This document shows positions 1-12,500 of a DNA stretch of 64,000 nt, piece after piece. Source of the stretch: Azolla caroliniana (Eukaryota > Plantae > Polypodiophyta); assembly GCA_043228905.1 (NCBI GenBank), contig JBHGNT010000022.1:4402001-4466000 (forward strand), given 5' to 3'. How positions within the stretch are numbered: the first letter of the stretch is position 1; every line of letters starts with the position of its first letter. Both the position numbers and the translations under genes were made by a program. Below the pieces are notes generated by a model. That model saw only the letters and a program-made list of their open reading frames with translations. It was not told the DNA's origin and did not search any database.

Positions 1-175
1 TTGTCGCTCAAAGGGAATCCGGCTCGAATTTACCGTGCCAAAGACGCCGGAACTAAACAAGTTGGCCGAGAGGATGAACCGGACCATAATGAAGAGGGTC
101 TGGAGTATGTTGGCGCATGCAAAACTACCCAAGATGTTTTGGGCTGAGGCATTGTCGACGGCAACATATGTGATA

Positions 176-770
176 AACAGATCGCCCTCAGTACCCTTGG
201 ACGGAGACACGGCACAAAGAGTTTGGACCGGTAAGGAAGTGTCCTACCGGCATCTGAAGGTATTCGGGTGTCTTGCGTATGTGCATGTAGCTAAGGACCG
301 GATAGGAAAACTAGATTAGAAGACCCGACCATGCATATTCCTCGGTTACGGCAACGATAAGTTCGGCTACCGAGTGTGGGACCTGGTCGACAAGAAGGTA
401 TTCCGGAGTCGAGATATTATCTTCATGGAGGACAAGACGCTCGCCGACTGGGAGTCAGAGAAGAAGATGATGAACAGATCACCCTCAATACCCTTGGACG
501 GAGACACGGCACAAAGAGTCTGGACCGGTAAGGAAGTGTCCTACCGGCATCTGAAGGTATTCGGGTGTCTTGCGTATGTGCATGTAGCTAAGGACCGGAG
601 AGGAAAACTAGATCCGAAGACCCGACCATGCATATTCCTCAGTTATGGTGATAATGAGTTCGGCTACCGAGTGTGGGACCTGGTCGACAAGAAGGTATTC
701 CGGAGTCGAGATATTATCTTCATGGAGGACAAGACGCTCGCCGACTGGGAGTCGGAGAAGAAGATAATGA
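176..770 (+). repeat. In-frame 297-bp tandem duplication in the integrase C-terminal region of A
   Basis: aacagatc occurs at 176 and 473, gtcctaccgg at 241 and 538, and cttcatggag at 421 and 718. The peptide NRSPS...DWESEKK appears twice. Confidence 0.95.
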
Positions 771-2619
771 ACTCCGAGTCGACCGGTAAGGATCGATTCT
801 ATGATGAGCAGACCCAACCGGCAAGAGACTGGTTAGCACTCAAGGAACCAGCCGGTTACGGTGAGGATACCGAACCGGCAGAAGAAGAAGTAGAGGAAGC
901 TGAAACTGGAACCGGCCAAGACCCTGAATCGGATTCGGATGAAGAGCAAATGGAGGAGCCAGTTACCGAAGCCCAAAGACGGAGATATCCTTTCAGAGAG
1001 AGAAGGGCCCCCCGGAGATTTCCAGATGCAGAGCATGTGCTGCTAACCGATGAGGGGGAGCCAGAAAGCTTCGAAGAAGCGAAGGATGACACCCACAACC
1101 GCAAATGGTTAAGTGCCATGCAAGATGAGATGGATTCCCTACATGGGAACCATACGTACGAATTGGTGGAGTTGCCGAAAGGAAAGCGGGCACTCCGCAA
1201 CAAGTGGGTGTACAAGTTGAAACCGAGAGATGCCGGCAACCCCCCGAGATATAAAGCCAGGATCGTGGTGAAGGGGTTCTAGCAGAAGAAGGGCGTGGAC
1301 TTCGACGAGATATTTGCCCCGGTAGTAAAGATGACCTCCATCCGGATGGTGCTGAGTATAGCGGCAAGCATGGACCTCGAGGTAGAGTAGTTGGACGTGA
1401 AGACGACATTCCTTCACGGTGACCTCGAAGAGGAGATCTACATGCAACAATCGGAAGGATTCGTGGAGAAAGGGAAGGAGCAACTAGTTTGTCGGTTGAA
1501 GAAGAGCCTGTACGGACTGAAGCAGGCTCCCCGACAATGGTACCGGAAGTTCGACTCCTTCATGACTGATCAAGGGTACCACAAGACGCAAGTCGATCAC
1601 TATGTGTTTGTGAAGAAGTTCGAAGGAGGTGACTTCCTGATACTCCTTCTCTACGTGGACGACATGTTGATCGTCGGACGGGACCAAGCCAAAATACGGA
1701 TGCTAAAGAAGGCTCTCAACCGGACCTTCTGAATGAAAGACTTGGGTCCGGCAAGACAAATGTTGGGGATACATATCATCCGGAACCGGCCAACGAAGCA
1801 ATTGTGGCTATCACAGGAGAAGTACGTGACAAAGGTGCTTCAGCGGTTCAACATGTCAGATGCGAAACCGGTTGGATCGACACTTCCGGCAAACTGCAGA
1901 TTATCCGGTAAGCAAAACCAGAAGATGAAAGCAGAGAAGGCTGATATGATGCCGTTGGGAGCTTAATGTACGCAATGGTGTGTACCCAACTGGATATAGG
2001 ATACACAGTCGGAGTGGTGAGCCGGTTTATGAGCAATCCTGGCAAGGAGCACTGGAACACGGTCAAATGGATACTCTGGTACTTGAAGGGTACTTCAAAT
2101 ATGTGTCTCCGATTCGGCTCCGGTAAACCTTAACATGACGGTTTTACCGATTCGGACATGTCGGCTGATGTGGATACCAGCCGGTCTACATCCGGGTATG
2201 TAATGACATATCAGGGGGAGTTGTTTCGTAGCAGTCGAGGCTACAGAAGACGGTTGCGTTGTCAACCACGGAGGCGGAGTACATGGCGGCTGTGGAAGCC
2301 GGCAAGGAAATATTATGGATGAAGGACTTCATCTGAGCGCTCGGTATCCGGCAAGATGAATACCGGCTCTATTGCGATAGTCAAAGTGCCATCCACCTTG
2401 CTAAGAATGCGGCCTACCATTCCCGAACGAAGCATATCCAGCGTAGGTATCACTGGATCCAGGAAAGAGTAGATGACCAGGAGTTCGCGCTGACGAAGAT
2501 CCACACGGCCAAGAACGGGTCAGATATGCTGACCAAAGTACTGACACCTGACAAGTTGGATGCATGTCGGAAGTGGGTCGGACTAGTAAGACATCCCATG
2601 CCGGAGTGAAGGTGGAGTT

Positions 2620-3197
2620 TGTTAGGAAACAAGTCCCTCCGGATGGGAAGACCCGGTGAGAACCGGATGATGAGTGCCCAGCAAGCGCCGGATGATGCAG
2701 GCCCGGTGAGGAGTGCTCACCGGATGAAGGGACATATTTGTAAATATGTTTTCTTAGAGTCCATCGGGGCTATATTTGTAAATAGCCGAAAAGTCATATT
2801 AGTATATATATGACTTAGGGCAAACCTAGTATAAAGAAAAAATGTTGTCATTCTTGTTGGCGAAAGATTAGAGCGCAATAGTGTACAGAGAGAGAGAGAG
2901 AGAGAGGAAGAGGTCGTTGCCTCTGTTGTTACCGTCGCCTGTGGCGAAGATCGTGAGCACGAGGTCGTTGCCTCCATGAGCTCTCTATTGTAATCATTGT
3001 GATATAGTGATAGTTTGTAGTCTGTGGGCTGCCGTGGTCTTTCCCTAGTTTGGGTTTTCCACGTAAACATCCTGTGTACTCTTCTCTCCATTGTGTTGTG
3101 CATTCATTCCCGTTTTCTGAGTTTGATTCTAAGCTTGGTTGTGACTGAGCGTTGTTCATCGGGAGCGCGTAGTTCCTGTCACTGTCGCCCCTCAATA
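2620..3197 (+). repeat. 3' LTR of element A
   Basis: Starts TGTT right after the PPT and shares blocks with the O LTR (gggttttccacgtaaacatcctgtgtact). Ends ...cctcaata (decayed CAACA), where minus-strand RNase H coding sequence begins. Confidence 0.8.
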
Positions 3198-5231
3198 TTC
3201 GGCCTCCATACTCGACAGTGCTACTATCAGCAGCTTCTTACTGCTCTATGCGATCACCGCACTTCCTAATGAGAAGGAGTATTCGGATGTGGATCTACGA
3301 TCACTGGCGTTTCTGGCCAAATCGACATTCGTGTAGCCAACCAACTCTTCGGCTATGCCTGCTCGATACAGCAACGCCATGTCTTTCATGCCGCTGACAT
3401 ATCGCAATATCCTTTGCGCGCACTGAAAGTGTTCCGCCATAGGCTGCGACATTAACTAACTGATCATTCCGAACGGGTAGGTGAGGTCCAGCCTGGTGAT
3501 CGTCAAATATATCAGGCTTCCTACAATCTGTTGAAACCGTGTTAGGTCGCATTTCTTTCCCGAATCTTGGCGAAGCTTTGCATTTCTATCCCGAACTTGA
3601 AGAGCATATTCAGTGCGTAATGACGCTGGCTGATCAATATGCCTTCGGGGGCGCGGATCACTTCGATCTCGAGGAAGTAATGAAGGCCTCCAAGATCCTT
3701 CATTTCGATTGATGTCGCAAGCTGAGACTTTACATGGTGGATTTCGTCCAGGTCAGCACCGACGATGACTAAATCATCAACATACAATATAAGGCTAACT
3801 GGTCCATGTTGACCTTGTTGAACGAATAATGAAGAGTCTGACTTGGACGTCGTAAACCCCATTCTACGCAACCGTTGCGTAATCTTTGTGTTCCAGGCTC
3901 ACGGGGCTTGCTTATGTCCGTACAGTGACTTCTTCAGTTGGCAAACTGCCGAAGTGTTTCGTTCGAATAGAAATCCGGGGGGTTGTACCATGTACACCTG
4001 TTCCTCAAGATCACCTTGTAGGAACATGTTCTTTACATCCATCTGATGTAAGTGACACCCCTTTGCCGCAGCTACAATTAGCAGAACATGCACGGTAGTC
4101 ATCTTCGCGACAGGCGCGAAGGTCTCGTTGTAGTCCATGCCATGCTTCTGCGCGTAGCCTTTGGCAACTAAACGGGCCTTGTATCGATTGATTGAGCCTT
4201 CGGTATTGTATTTCACATTATACACCCACCTACATACGATTGGCTTTACACCCTTCAGTGCTTCAACCAAGTCCCAAGTCTCATTATCAGTCAAAGTGCG
4301 CATCTCTTCCTCCATCGTGGCATGCCAGTTCGCGTCTTTCACCACTTCTGCATAGCTCTCCGGCTCACGCACGTCTGCCACTCGTGTCATGTATGCGTAA
4401 TGATGTGCCATGTACTAATTATACCCGTATCTCTTTACGGGATTCTTCAGGCGGGTAGATGGGTGTAATTCGAGATTACCTGATCGCTCAGATCTGACTA
4501 GGCATTGTCGAAATCATACTCCGACATCTTTTTCTTCCCTTTCTCCTTGCCAGTAAACCGTCTCCTCGGTTCTTTATGTGGGGACATCACGGCTAAGTCT
4601 TCACTACTCGTCGTCTCTTCAATAGGTTGGTCATTTCGGCTCAACCCTTCATTCGGCCCACTTAGCCAAAATGAGATCGGACTCTCTCTAAGAGCTCCGA
4701 TTTCCTCACCATGCAGAGGCATTTCAGCCTCGTTGACTTCTTCTTCAGAATTCGGAATGGAGTCATGAGGTACTTGAGGAGAAGGCAAGTACCACGAAGT
4801 GGACTCGTCAAACACGACATCGCAACTTACACGTACTTCCTTTGTTTGGGGGTGATAACACTTATACCCCTTCTGCTCATCTGGATAGCCGACTAAGATG
4901 CAGTTTTCAGCTTCGGTGTCCAACTTCCTCCTCTTTTCCTTCGGCACATGCACATAGGCAATGCTACCGAAAATCCTCAAGTGTGCCAAGTTCGGCTTCT
5001 TCCCAGAATACAATTCATGTGGCGACACTCCTCCATTAGCAGAAGTCCGATTCTGCAGGTAGACAGTCGTCCCCGTGGCTTCAGCCCAATAGAATTTCGG
5101 CATATGCTTCTATTCAAGCATTGCCCTGGCCGCTTCTTCGATTGTCTGATTCTTCTGCTCGGCCACGCCGTTCTACTGCGGTGTGTATCTACACGAGAAT
5201 TCGCGTCTAATTCTCTCCTTCTGTAGATAAC
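3198..5231 (-). pseudogene. Ty1/copia element B fragment (integrase-RT-part of RNase H), host of element A
   Basis: Minus-strand ORFs MPKFYWAEA..., [23 protein letters not shown] and YTNVDLA. It is cut at 'ALSSMEAE' by the LTR of A. Confidence 0.9.
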
Positions 5232-7979
5232 TTACAACGTGCGGAAGCAACAGAAAACCAAACGTAGGAAAAACACAGGTTTAATGAAAAGATTGGACTC
5301 ACACAGTACGCGGGAGAGAGAGGGAGAGAGAGTCAATACACACAATTCTTTCAAAAAATAATACTCAGTCTGTACATAGGATGTGCTAAGTGAGCACTTT
5401 TATAAAAGTCCATACGGACTGACAGAAGTATTGATGCGTACTTCAATGCTCATAACTGAGCTCTACACTAACTCCCAAAATATATTCCACATAGGAATAT
5501 ATTTCCAACTGCCTCGTGGTTTACGCACCGCTATGGCTTCTTGTTGTGCACTGGTTTACACACCCGATTTACGCATCGATCCGGGCTAACCAATCGGTCC
5601 CAACCGATCTGGTTCTCGGCTTGCATAGCCGATCTGGTTCTCGGCTTGCATAGCCGATCTGGTTCTCGGCTTGCATAGCCGATCCGGCCAATGTTGAGCT
5701 TGTATCTCAACACTCCCCCTCAAGCTCAACTTGAGGCTCTTCTGGTTCTTCCGGATCACCACTCTGGTTTCTTTTGGCTTCATGCCTCGCTCGTGCTCCC
5801 CATCCTGTTCTAGTCGACGCGTGTGCTCGTGCGACCCTTCTCAGCTCCCTTGTTGTCGCGGTGTTGGCGCATGTTCGGCTGCCCTTTCTTCCTCTTGGCC
5901 CTCGGTTGATTCAGCATCTCCGAATCAAACATTTGAACCGAATCAGCTTCCTCTGATCGGTTTTCGCTCTCGTCCGAGTTGGCTTCATCTCCCCCATGCT
6001 TGGCTGGCTTCAGCTCTTTCTTTCAGCTGCTTCCCTTACATCCGCTTTCGAAGTCCTTCGCGGCTCCGCCCTGGGCTTCTTCAGCTGACCCGAAATCAAA
6101 TTCTTCATTCGATTCGGTGTCACAGTCTCTTCCGTACCTTTCCTGCTCCCTTCTGTGGTCTTCCGGGACTTCTCTCCCCCTCTATGAAACAGCCGAGATG
6201 CGTGAATTGAACTTGCATACCTTGGTCGACGATCAATCCAACCAACAGAAGGTTATTGGTTATTGTTGGGACGTGCAACACGTTCATGAGCTTCCCTTTC
6301 TGCCCGACGTGGCTGAGGGGAACTTCACCGACATGTTCAATGGTATGCGGAGTGTCGTCTCCGGGTTTGACCACTCCTTGTTTTTCCGGCCTCTCCAAGT
6401 ACGAGAACCATTCCTTGTGACTTGTCATATGATTTGATGCTCCAGAATCAACATACCTCACCTCGCTTGATTTTGAGGTGTTCACGGCCATCGAATTGGT
6501 CTTGTGCTTCATTACGAAGGCAGGGCCCAATCTGTTTCCGGCTCGTTCGGAGCCCTCAGCATATTGCGACTTTTGACGCCTTCCTATGTCTCTCCCGTTT
6601 GGTTCGGCTTTATCCAAATCAGCTTGTTTCTTCCAGCACTCACTCTCCCTATGGCCTTTCTTCCCACAGTACCAACATTCTATTGCAACCTTATCTTGCC
6701 AGCATCCGGCGCCACCATGACTCCCCCTGCTTCCGGAGGGTTCAGAATTGCTTCTGGCATTTCGATTATGCCGTACGTTCTGCTCTTTTTGGCCACCTCC
6801 ATTACGCGCCAATCCGCTTCGTCCACCACGACCATGGGGCATATTTTCCTCCGTGGTACAACATCTTGCCGTCAGCGTGCATACTCATTGACACACCTAT
6901 GTGATTTACCTCTACGAGCAACATTGAATGAAGCTCGAAGAACGTAGGAGTGTTCTCCCTCGTATAGACCGCTGTTCGGAACACCCCAAACTTTGACGCT
7001 AGCCCACCAAGACAAACCTGCACCATTTCATCTTCCTCGACATTCACGTTGACAGAGGCAAGAGAATCACACATTTCCTTGATTCGGGCTGTGTAATCGG
7101 CCACAGACAGATCTTTCTACCGAACATTGCTGAGCTCTTGTCTGAGCTGCAGCTTCCTGGCCATTGTGCTAGCGGCAAAAATCTTCTTTAGATTCACCCA
7201 CACGTCCTTTAGCGTCTTGGCATCCCAAATATAGCTCAATAGCTAGTCGATCACACAGGACGCAAAGCAGTAGAGAACTCTGCTTGCCGCTTGTTCCAAA
7301 GTAGAAAAATCCCTGTGTGTCGATTCGGGCGTTGTATCATTAGTTCCTTCAACATAACTCCAGTAGCCATGACCAAGCAAGTACTGGTGCATCTTGTACG
7401 ACCAAGATGCATAGTTGCTCCTATCGAGCTTCTCAATCAGTAGCGACCTTCCCATTCCTCTGTCCATGTTGTTGTCTTATCTTTTCCGAAACAATTCAAC
7501 TATTTCTCTGTTGCAAGCTTTTCTGTCAGCTGCAGAGGACTTCAACCCTCGTGGTCTGATACCATGTAAAAGAATACGTGTGCGGAAGCATATGCGAAAC
7601 ATAGAGTACACAGTTTGGAGAACGACAGTTTGGTAAAACACAGAAAACACAGAGATGGAGAGAGAGAGAGAGAGAGAGAGAGCAAACAACTCAGTTCTAT
7701 TTCAAAATAATGACACTTTGTACATACTTAGTGCTCAATGAGCACCTTTTATACAAGCCCTGACTATCGGGCTGACACAAGTACTGACAGTACTTGACTG
7801 CTCATAAATGAGCCTACTACACTAACTCCCAAAATTATTCCTTACGAGGAATACCATACTAACGGCCTTTCAGTTTACGTACTGATACGGCCACGTTATG
7901 CGTACTATTTTACGCACCCAGTCTACGCACTGGGTTACACACCGTGTTACGCACACAATGTTGAGCTTGTCACTCAACA
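5222..7979 (-). mobile_element. Internally deleted, probably chimeric Ty1/copia element C (LTR-PBS-gag-protease // 3' region-PPT-LTR)
   Basis: 5' LTR 7565-7979 and tRNA-iMet-type PBS 7553-7564. Gag MDRGMGRSL..EKLDRSNYASW, CCHC knuckle CWYCGKKGHRESEC and protease YVDSGAS are present. After FIE (~6182) the sequence jumps to the post-pol region. PPT 5713-5724; 3' LTR ~5222/5232-5712. Confidence 0.85.
5604..5687. repeat. 25-bp tandem repeat (3+ copies) in the U3 of C's 3' LTR
   Basis: ccgatctggttctcggcttgcatag starts at 5604, 5629 and 5654, with a partial copy at 5679. Confidence 0.95.
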
Positions 7980-8360
7980 ATAATTAGCTACATTAGTTAG
8001 TTCCAACAACTAATTATAAATTGATAATTAGAAGCTAGTTACACCATTAACATTTAATTATAACTAATTAGCTACCAATAGCTAATAAGAAAATACATTA
8101 GTTCCTCTTAACTACATTAGTTAGTAGTCATCGCTAATTAGGTACTAAAAGGTAGTAACGAAAATATTCTACTCATTACCTACAAGTTAAAGTAGCTAAT
8201 AGCTAGAGGTAATATGTTTGTAACTATAACTAGTTACACAACATCAACTTTCATTCATGGCTAATTAGCTACATAAGTTAAATGACATCACTAGTTACAT
8301 GACGTCAGCTTTCATTCATAGCTAATTAGCTACAAAAGTTTCATAATTAAATTATCACCT
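7980..8360. repeat. AT-rich tract with repeated (c)taattagcta motif, probably a decayed LTR piece
   Basis: Several taattagcta / tagttaca copies. The same motif recurs in the LTR of element G (16870-16980). Confidence 0.5.
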
Positions 8361-9227
8361 ATTGGACACTTTACAATTATTAAACGGTTTTTCTTTTATA
8401 TAGATTGATTGATTTATTAGGTTAAGTGAATGCATCCAACACTCAAAATTCAACTACGAACATTAGAGTGTCTTAAACCATTTTTTGTGACCGATTCACA
8501 TGTTGTTGCATTTACCATGCACAAATGGGTTGTGGTACTTGGGATAGAGGTTGTAATAGAGACAAATTGTCTTTGAATCCTTGGGACGATATCGGGTTGT
8601 GTAATGCTCTCATGAAAATGGATATGCATGTGCTACTCGAGCGGTTCACGGGGGTCTTACACCAAGGAGGATGTAAGGACTTGGAAGGTGCGGTTATAAG
8701 TAGACTCAAATGCTAATGGGAGTTAAAGGTTCTCTAGAGTCGAATGATCCCAGAACTTAAAAGATGCCTAGAGTCAAAGGGGGCCAAGAGTCGAAGGGAG
8801 GGAGCCTAGAGTCAAAGGGAACCCACTGTCGAAGGGAGTCTAGATTTGAAGGGAATCAAAAGTCAAAGGTTCTACCAGACTAGGATTTGAGGAAGCTAAG
8901 GTAGCGAATGAAGAGGGCATGTAAGACTTGTTGGGCTAAAATTCCCAGTCTACCCATTGTATTCTTAGTGCGAACACTTCCTTAAACTTAGGGCATAGTT
9001 AACTTAGCTATAAATATGAGGAACTCTATTTTGTATCATAAGTTCGGTGAGATTGGTAATGCAACAGTCTTCTTGAGCTCTAAACGTTTTCTGTGTAACT
9101 GTCTGTCATCTTCCTCCATTATCTTGTTGTTGTGATTGAACAGTGCACCATACCTTCATTTGTGACTTGTCTGACAACTCCATATACAAGTTCCTTCTTG
9201 CTTTTCTGCACTAGTCAGTAACAACAC

Positions 9228-9531
9228 TGTTGAGCGGCAAGCTCAACCGGAGCCTAATCGAATGAATAAGCCTAAGCTGGTAAACAAGATGAATCGGTAT
9301 GCCGGTGAGCAACCGAGCTGGTATGCCGGATCCAATCCGTAATCGAAAGCCTAGTATAGGTTAGACTACTAGGCAGTTATAGTCTCGTAGTTAGTGTCAG
9401 ATGCTCGTGTGAGCATTGAAGTACACCGTACTTCTAACAGTCCCATGTGGACTTGTATAAATAGCGTTGATGAGTGCGTTGTAGATATAGAGCACAGAGT
9501 ATTCATATAATTTTGGAAAATAGTGTGTCCT

Positions 9532-9576
<45 letters not shown>

Positions 9577-12500
9577 CGCTCTCTCTCTCTCTCCCGTGTA
9601 CTCTCTCTCTCTCTTTGTGTATTGTTCTTTCTAACACTTCCGCAAGCAATCTTTAACATGGTATCAGAGCGCGTGGGTTGAGAACCTCTGTTGCTGACAT
9701 CTACGCTTGTGAAGGAAACCCTAACAGATCGAAAAACAGACACAAAAGGAGAAATGGACAGAGGTATGGCTACGTCGCTCCCGGTGGAGAAGCTCAACAA
9801 AACCAACTACGCATCTTGGTCCTACAAGATGCACCAGTACCTGCTTGGGCATGGGTATTGGAGTTATGTCGACGGAGTGAACGACTCAGCACCGGAGACG
9901 ACACACAAGGACTTCCCAGTGTGGGAACAGGTGGCAAGCAGGGTGATGTACTGCTTCACGTCCAGTGTCGGTGACCAGCTGCTCAGCCATATCCGTGACG
10001 CCAAGACACCGAAGGATGCTTGGGGAAACTTGAAAAAGGTCCTCGTCGCAAGCACCACTGCCTAGAAGCTGCAACTTAGACAGGAGTTGAGCAATGTTCG
10101 ACAGAAGAACATGTCGGTGGTAGATTACACAACCTGGATCAAAGGGATCTGTGACTCACTTGCCTCTATTAACGTCACCGTAGAGGAAGATGAGATGGTG
10201 CAGGTCTGTCTTGGAGGCCTGGCGTCCAAGTTAGGAGCTTTCCAGACTGCGGTTTGTACAAGGGAGAATACACCCTCATTTTTCGACTTACAGCCGATGC
10301 TCCATGTAGAGGAGAACCACGCCGGTGCATCTACTAGTGCATCCCCAGACAGCCGGATGCTGTACACGGGAGCGGATCGGTCCCGTGGGCGTGGTGGATG
10401 AGGCAGGTTCGCACGCAATGGAGGCGGCCGGCAAGAGCAGGAACGAAGGTACAGTGAGCGTGCCGACAACAGTTCCGGGACTTCCACAAGCAGGGGGAGT
10501 CAAGGTGGTGTCGGAGGCCGGCAAGACAAATCCACTACGGAATGCTAGTACTGTGGCAAAAAGGGCCACAGGGAAAGCGAGTGTTGGAGAAAGCGTGCCG
10601 ATTCGGACAAATCCGGATCCGGCAAGACCGGTAAGGAAGGCCGGCAAAGCTCGCACTACGCAAACGGATTGGGAGGATCCAAGAACGGTAAGGGGCTAGC
10701 CTTGGTGATGAAGCATAAGGCAAACTCAATGAAGAAGACCACTTCCAAATCGGAGGAAGTGTGGTACGTTGACTCCGGCGCATCGAACCACATGACGAGC
10801 CACGAGGAGTGGTTATCCTTTTTGGAGAAGCCGGATCAACCGGGAGTTGTCGAAACCGGAGACGACACTCCCCACCCGATCATACACGTCGGAGAAGTCC
10901 CTTTGAGCCACGTCGGACAGAGGGGGAAGCTGATGAATGTATTACATGTTCCGACGATCACGAAGAACCTGGTGTCAGTCGGACAGATCGTCGACCAGGG
11001 GATGTAGGTGCGGTTTACGCACCTCGGGTGCTTCATTGAGGATGAGGGTGAAGTTATTGCACAAGGGCGTAGAGATGGGAGGATGTTTATCCTGAACACC
11101 AATGACGTCAGCACCGCACTGTTCGCCAAAGGATAGAAGGTCGAGTCGGATATCGACATGTGGCACAAGCGGATCGGCCACGTCAACTACCGGAGGCTTC
11201 AAGACCTGCAAACGGAACAAGTCATTTTCGGTTTGCCGAAGTTTAGTGGCTGGAGAGCCCAGATTTGTGAAGCCTGCCAACTCGGGAAGCAACACCGGCT
11301 TCCATTCCCCACCGAAAGAAATCGAAGCCGTAACAAGCTCAATCTTATCCATTCGGATGTGTGGGGACTGCCTCAAATTGTTAGCATTGGTGGGAGTCGA
11401 TATTTCGTCTCCTTCATCGACGACTACACGCGGCATACGTGGATCTCCCTCATTGAGCGGAAGAGCGAAGTCTTCGAGTGTTTCCAGAGCCTCCAGAAGA
11501 TGGTGGAACGAGAATCAGAGAGGAAGATCAAATGCCTATGGTCGGATGGCGGAAAAGAGTACTTTTTCGGGCAATTCAACAGCTATCTGCAACAAAAAGG
11601 AATTCGGCGAGAATTCAACTGCAGATACACACTGCAACAGAACGGTGTGGTTGAAAGGAAGAATCGGTCGCTGATTGACGCGGCTAGGGAAATGCTGGAG
11701 GAAAAGAGCATGCCCAAGTTCTACTGGGCAGAGGTGGTCCAAACGGCCGTTTACATCCAGAACCGGATTGGGGACAAGGTGTCAGCTCACGAGCTGTATT
11801 TCGGGCGCAAGCCGAATTTGAGACACCTCCGGATATTCGGTAGCATAGCCTATGTACATGTGCCGGATGAGAAGCGGAGAAAGTTGGATGCAAAATTGGA
11901 AAAATGCATCTTAGTCAGCTATGCTCAAGTGCAAAAGGGGTATAAGTGTTATAACCCCCGGACGAAGCAGGTCCGAGTCAGCCGAGATGTCGAGTTTGAT
12001 GAATCGGCATCGTGGTATTCCTTACCAACTCCGACTTCCGATCCCGACCCGATGTCGGAGGATGGGACTAGTGAGCCCAAACCAGCCCAGGTAGAGAAAG
12101 ATGAAGTCGGGACTCAAGATGAGAGTCCGGAATCGTTCCGGTTAAGCGGACCGAATGAGAGACTAGATCAGTCCAACCAGTCGGATGATGAGACGGCGAG
12201 TAGTGGAGACTCTGTCGTGCTCTCCCCGCACAAGGAACCGAGGAGACGGTTCACACGCAAAGAGAAAGGGAAGCAGAAGATGCCGGAATTTGAGACCGGC
12301 AATGATGAGTCAGATCGGTGTGTATCTGACTTCGGCAAGGACATAGGCAGATCTTCAAGAATGAAGACCGAACCGGCCAAGAAGGGTCTCATACCGGGTA
12401 ACGGTGAGTTACCCCGGTCCACCCGCCAGAAGGATCCCGTTAAACGGTATGGGTATAACGAGTACATGGCGCATCATTATGCGTACAAGACCAAGGTCGC

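Larger units (their letters stand above)
1..3197 (+). mobile_element. Ty1/copia LTR retrotransposon A (Tork/Tnt1-like), 3' part: integrase-RT-RNase H, PPT and 3' LTR; degenerate
   Basis: ORF fragments show integrase (AERMNRT, HLKVFGC), RT (WVYKLK, YKARIV, LYVDDM) and RNase H (TKHIQRRYH), ending HPMPE* at 2609. The PPT ggagtgaaggtggag precedes TG at 2620. It is clearly homologous to element O. Confidence 0.93.

Noticed and set aside
5227-7984. ataac/ataat as a TSD for element C
   Set aside because: The LTR would not start with TG, the two LTRs are dissimilar, and host B does not resume after 7979.
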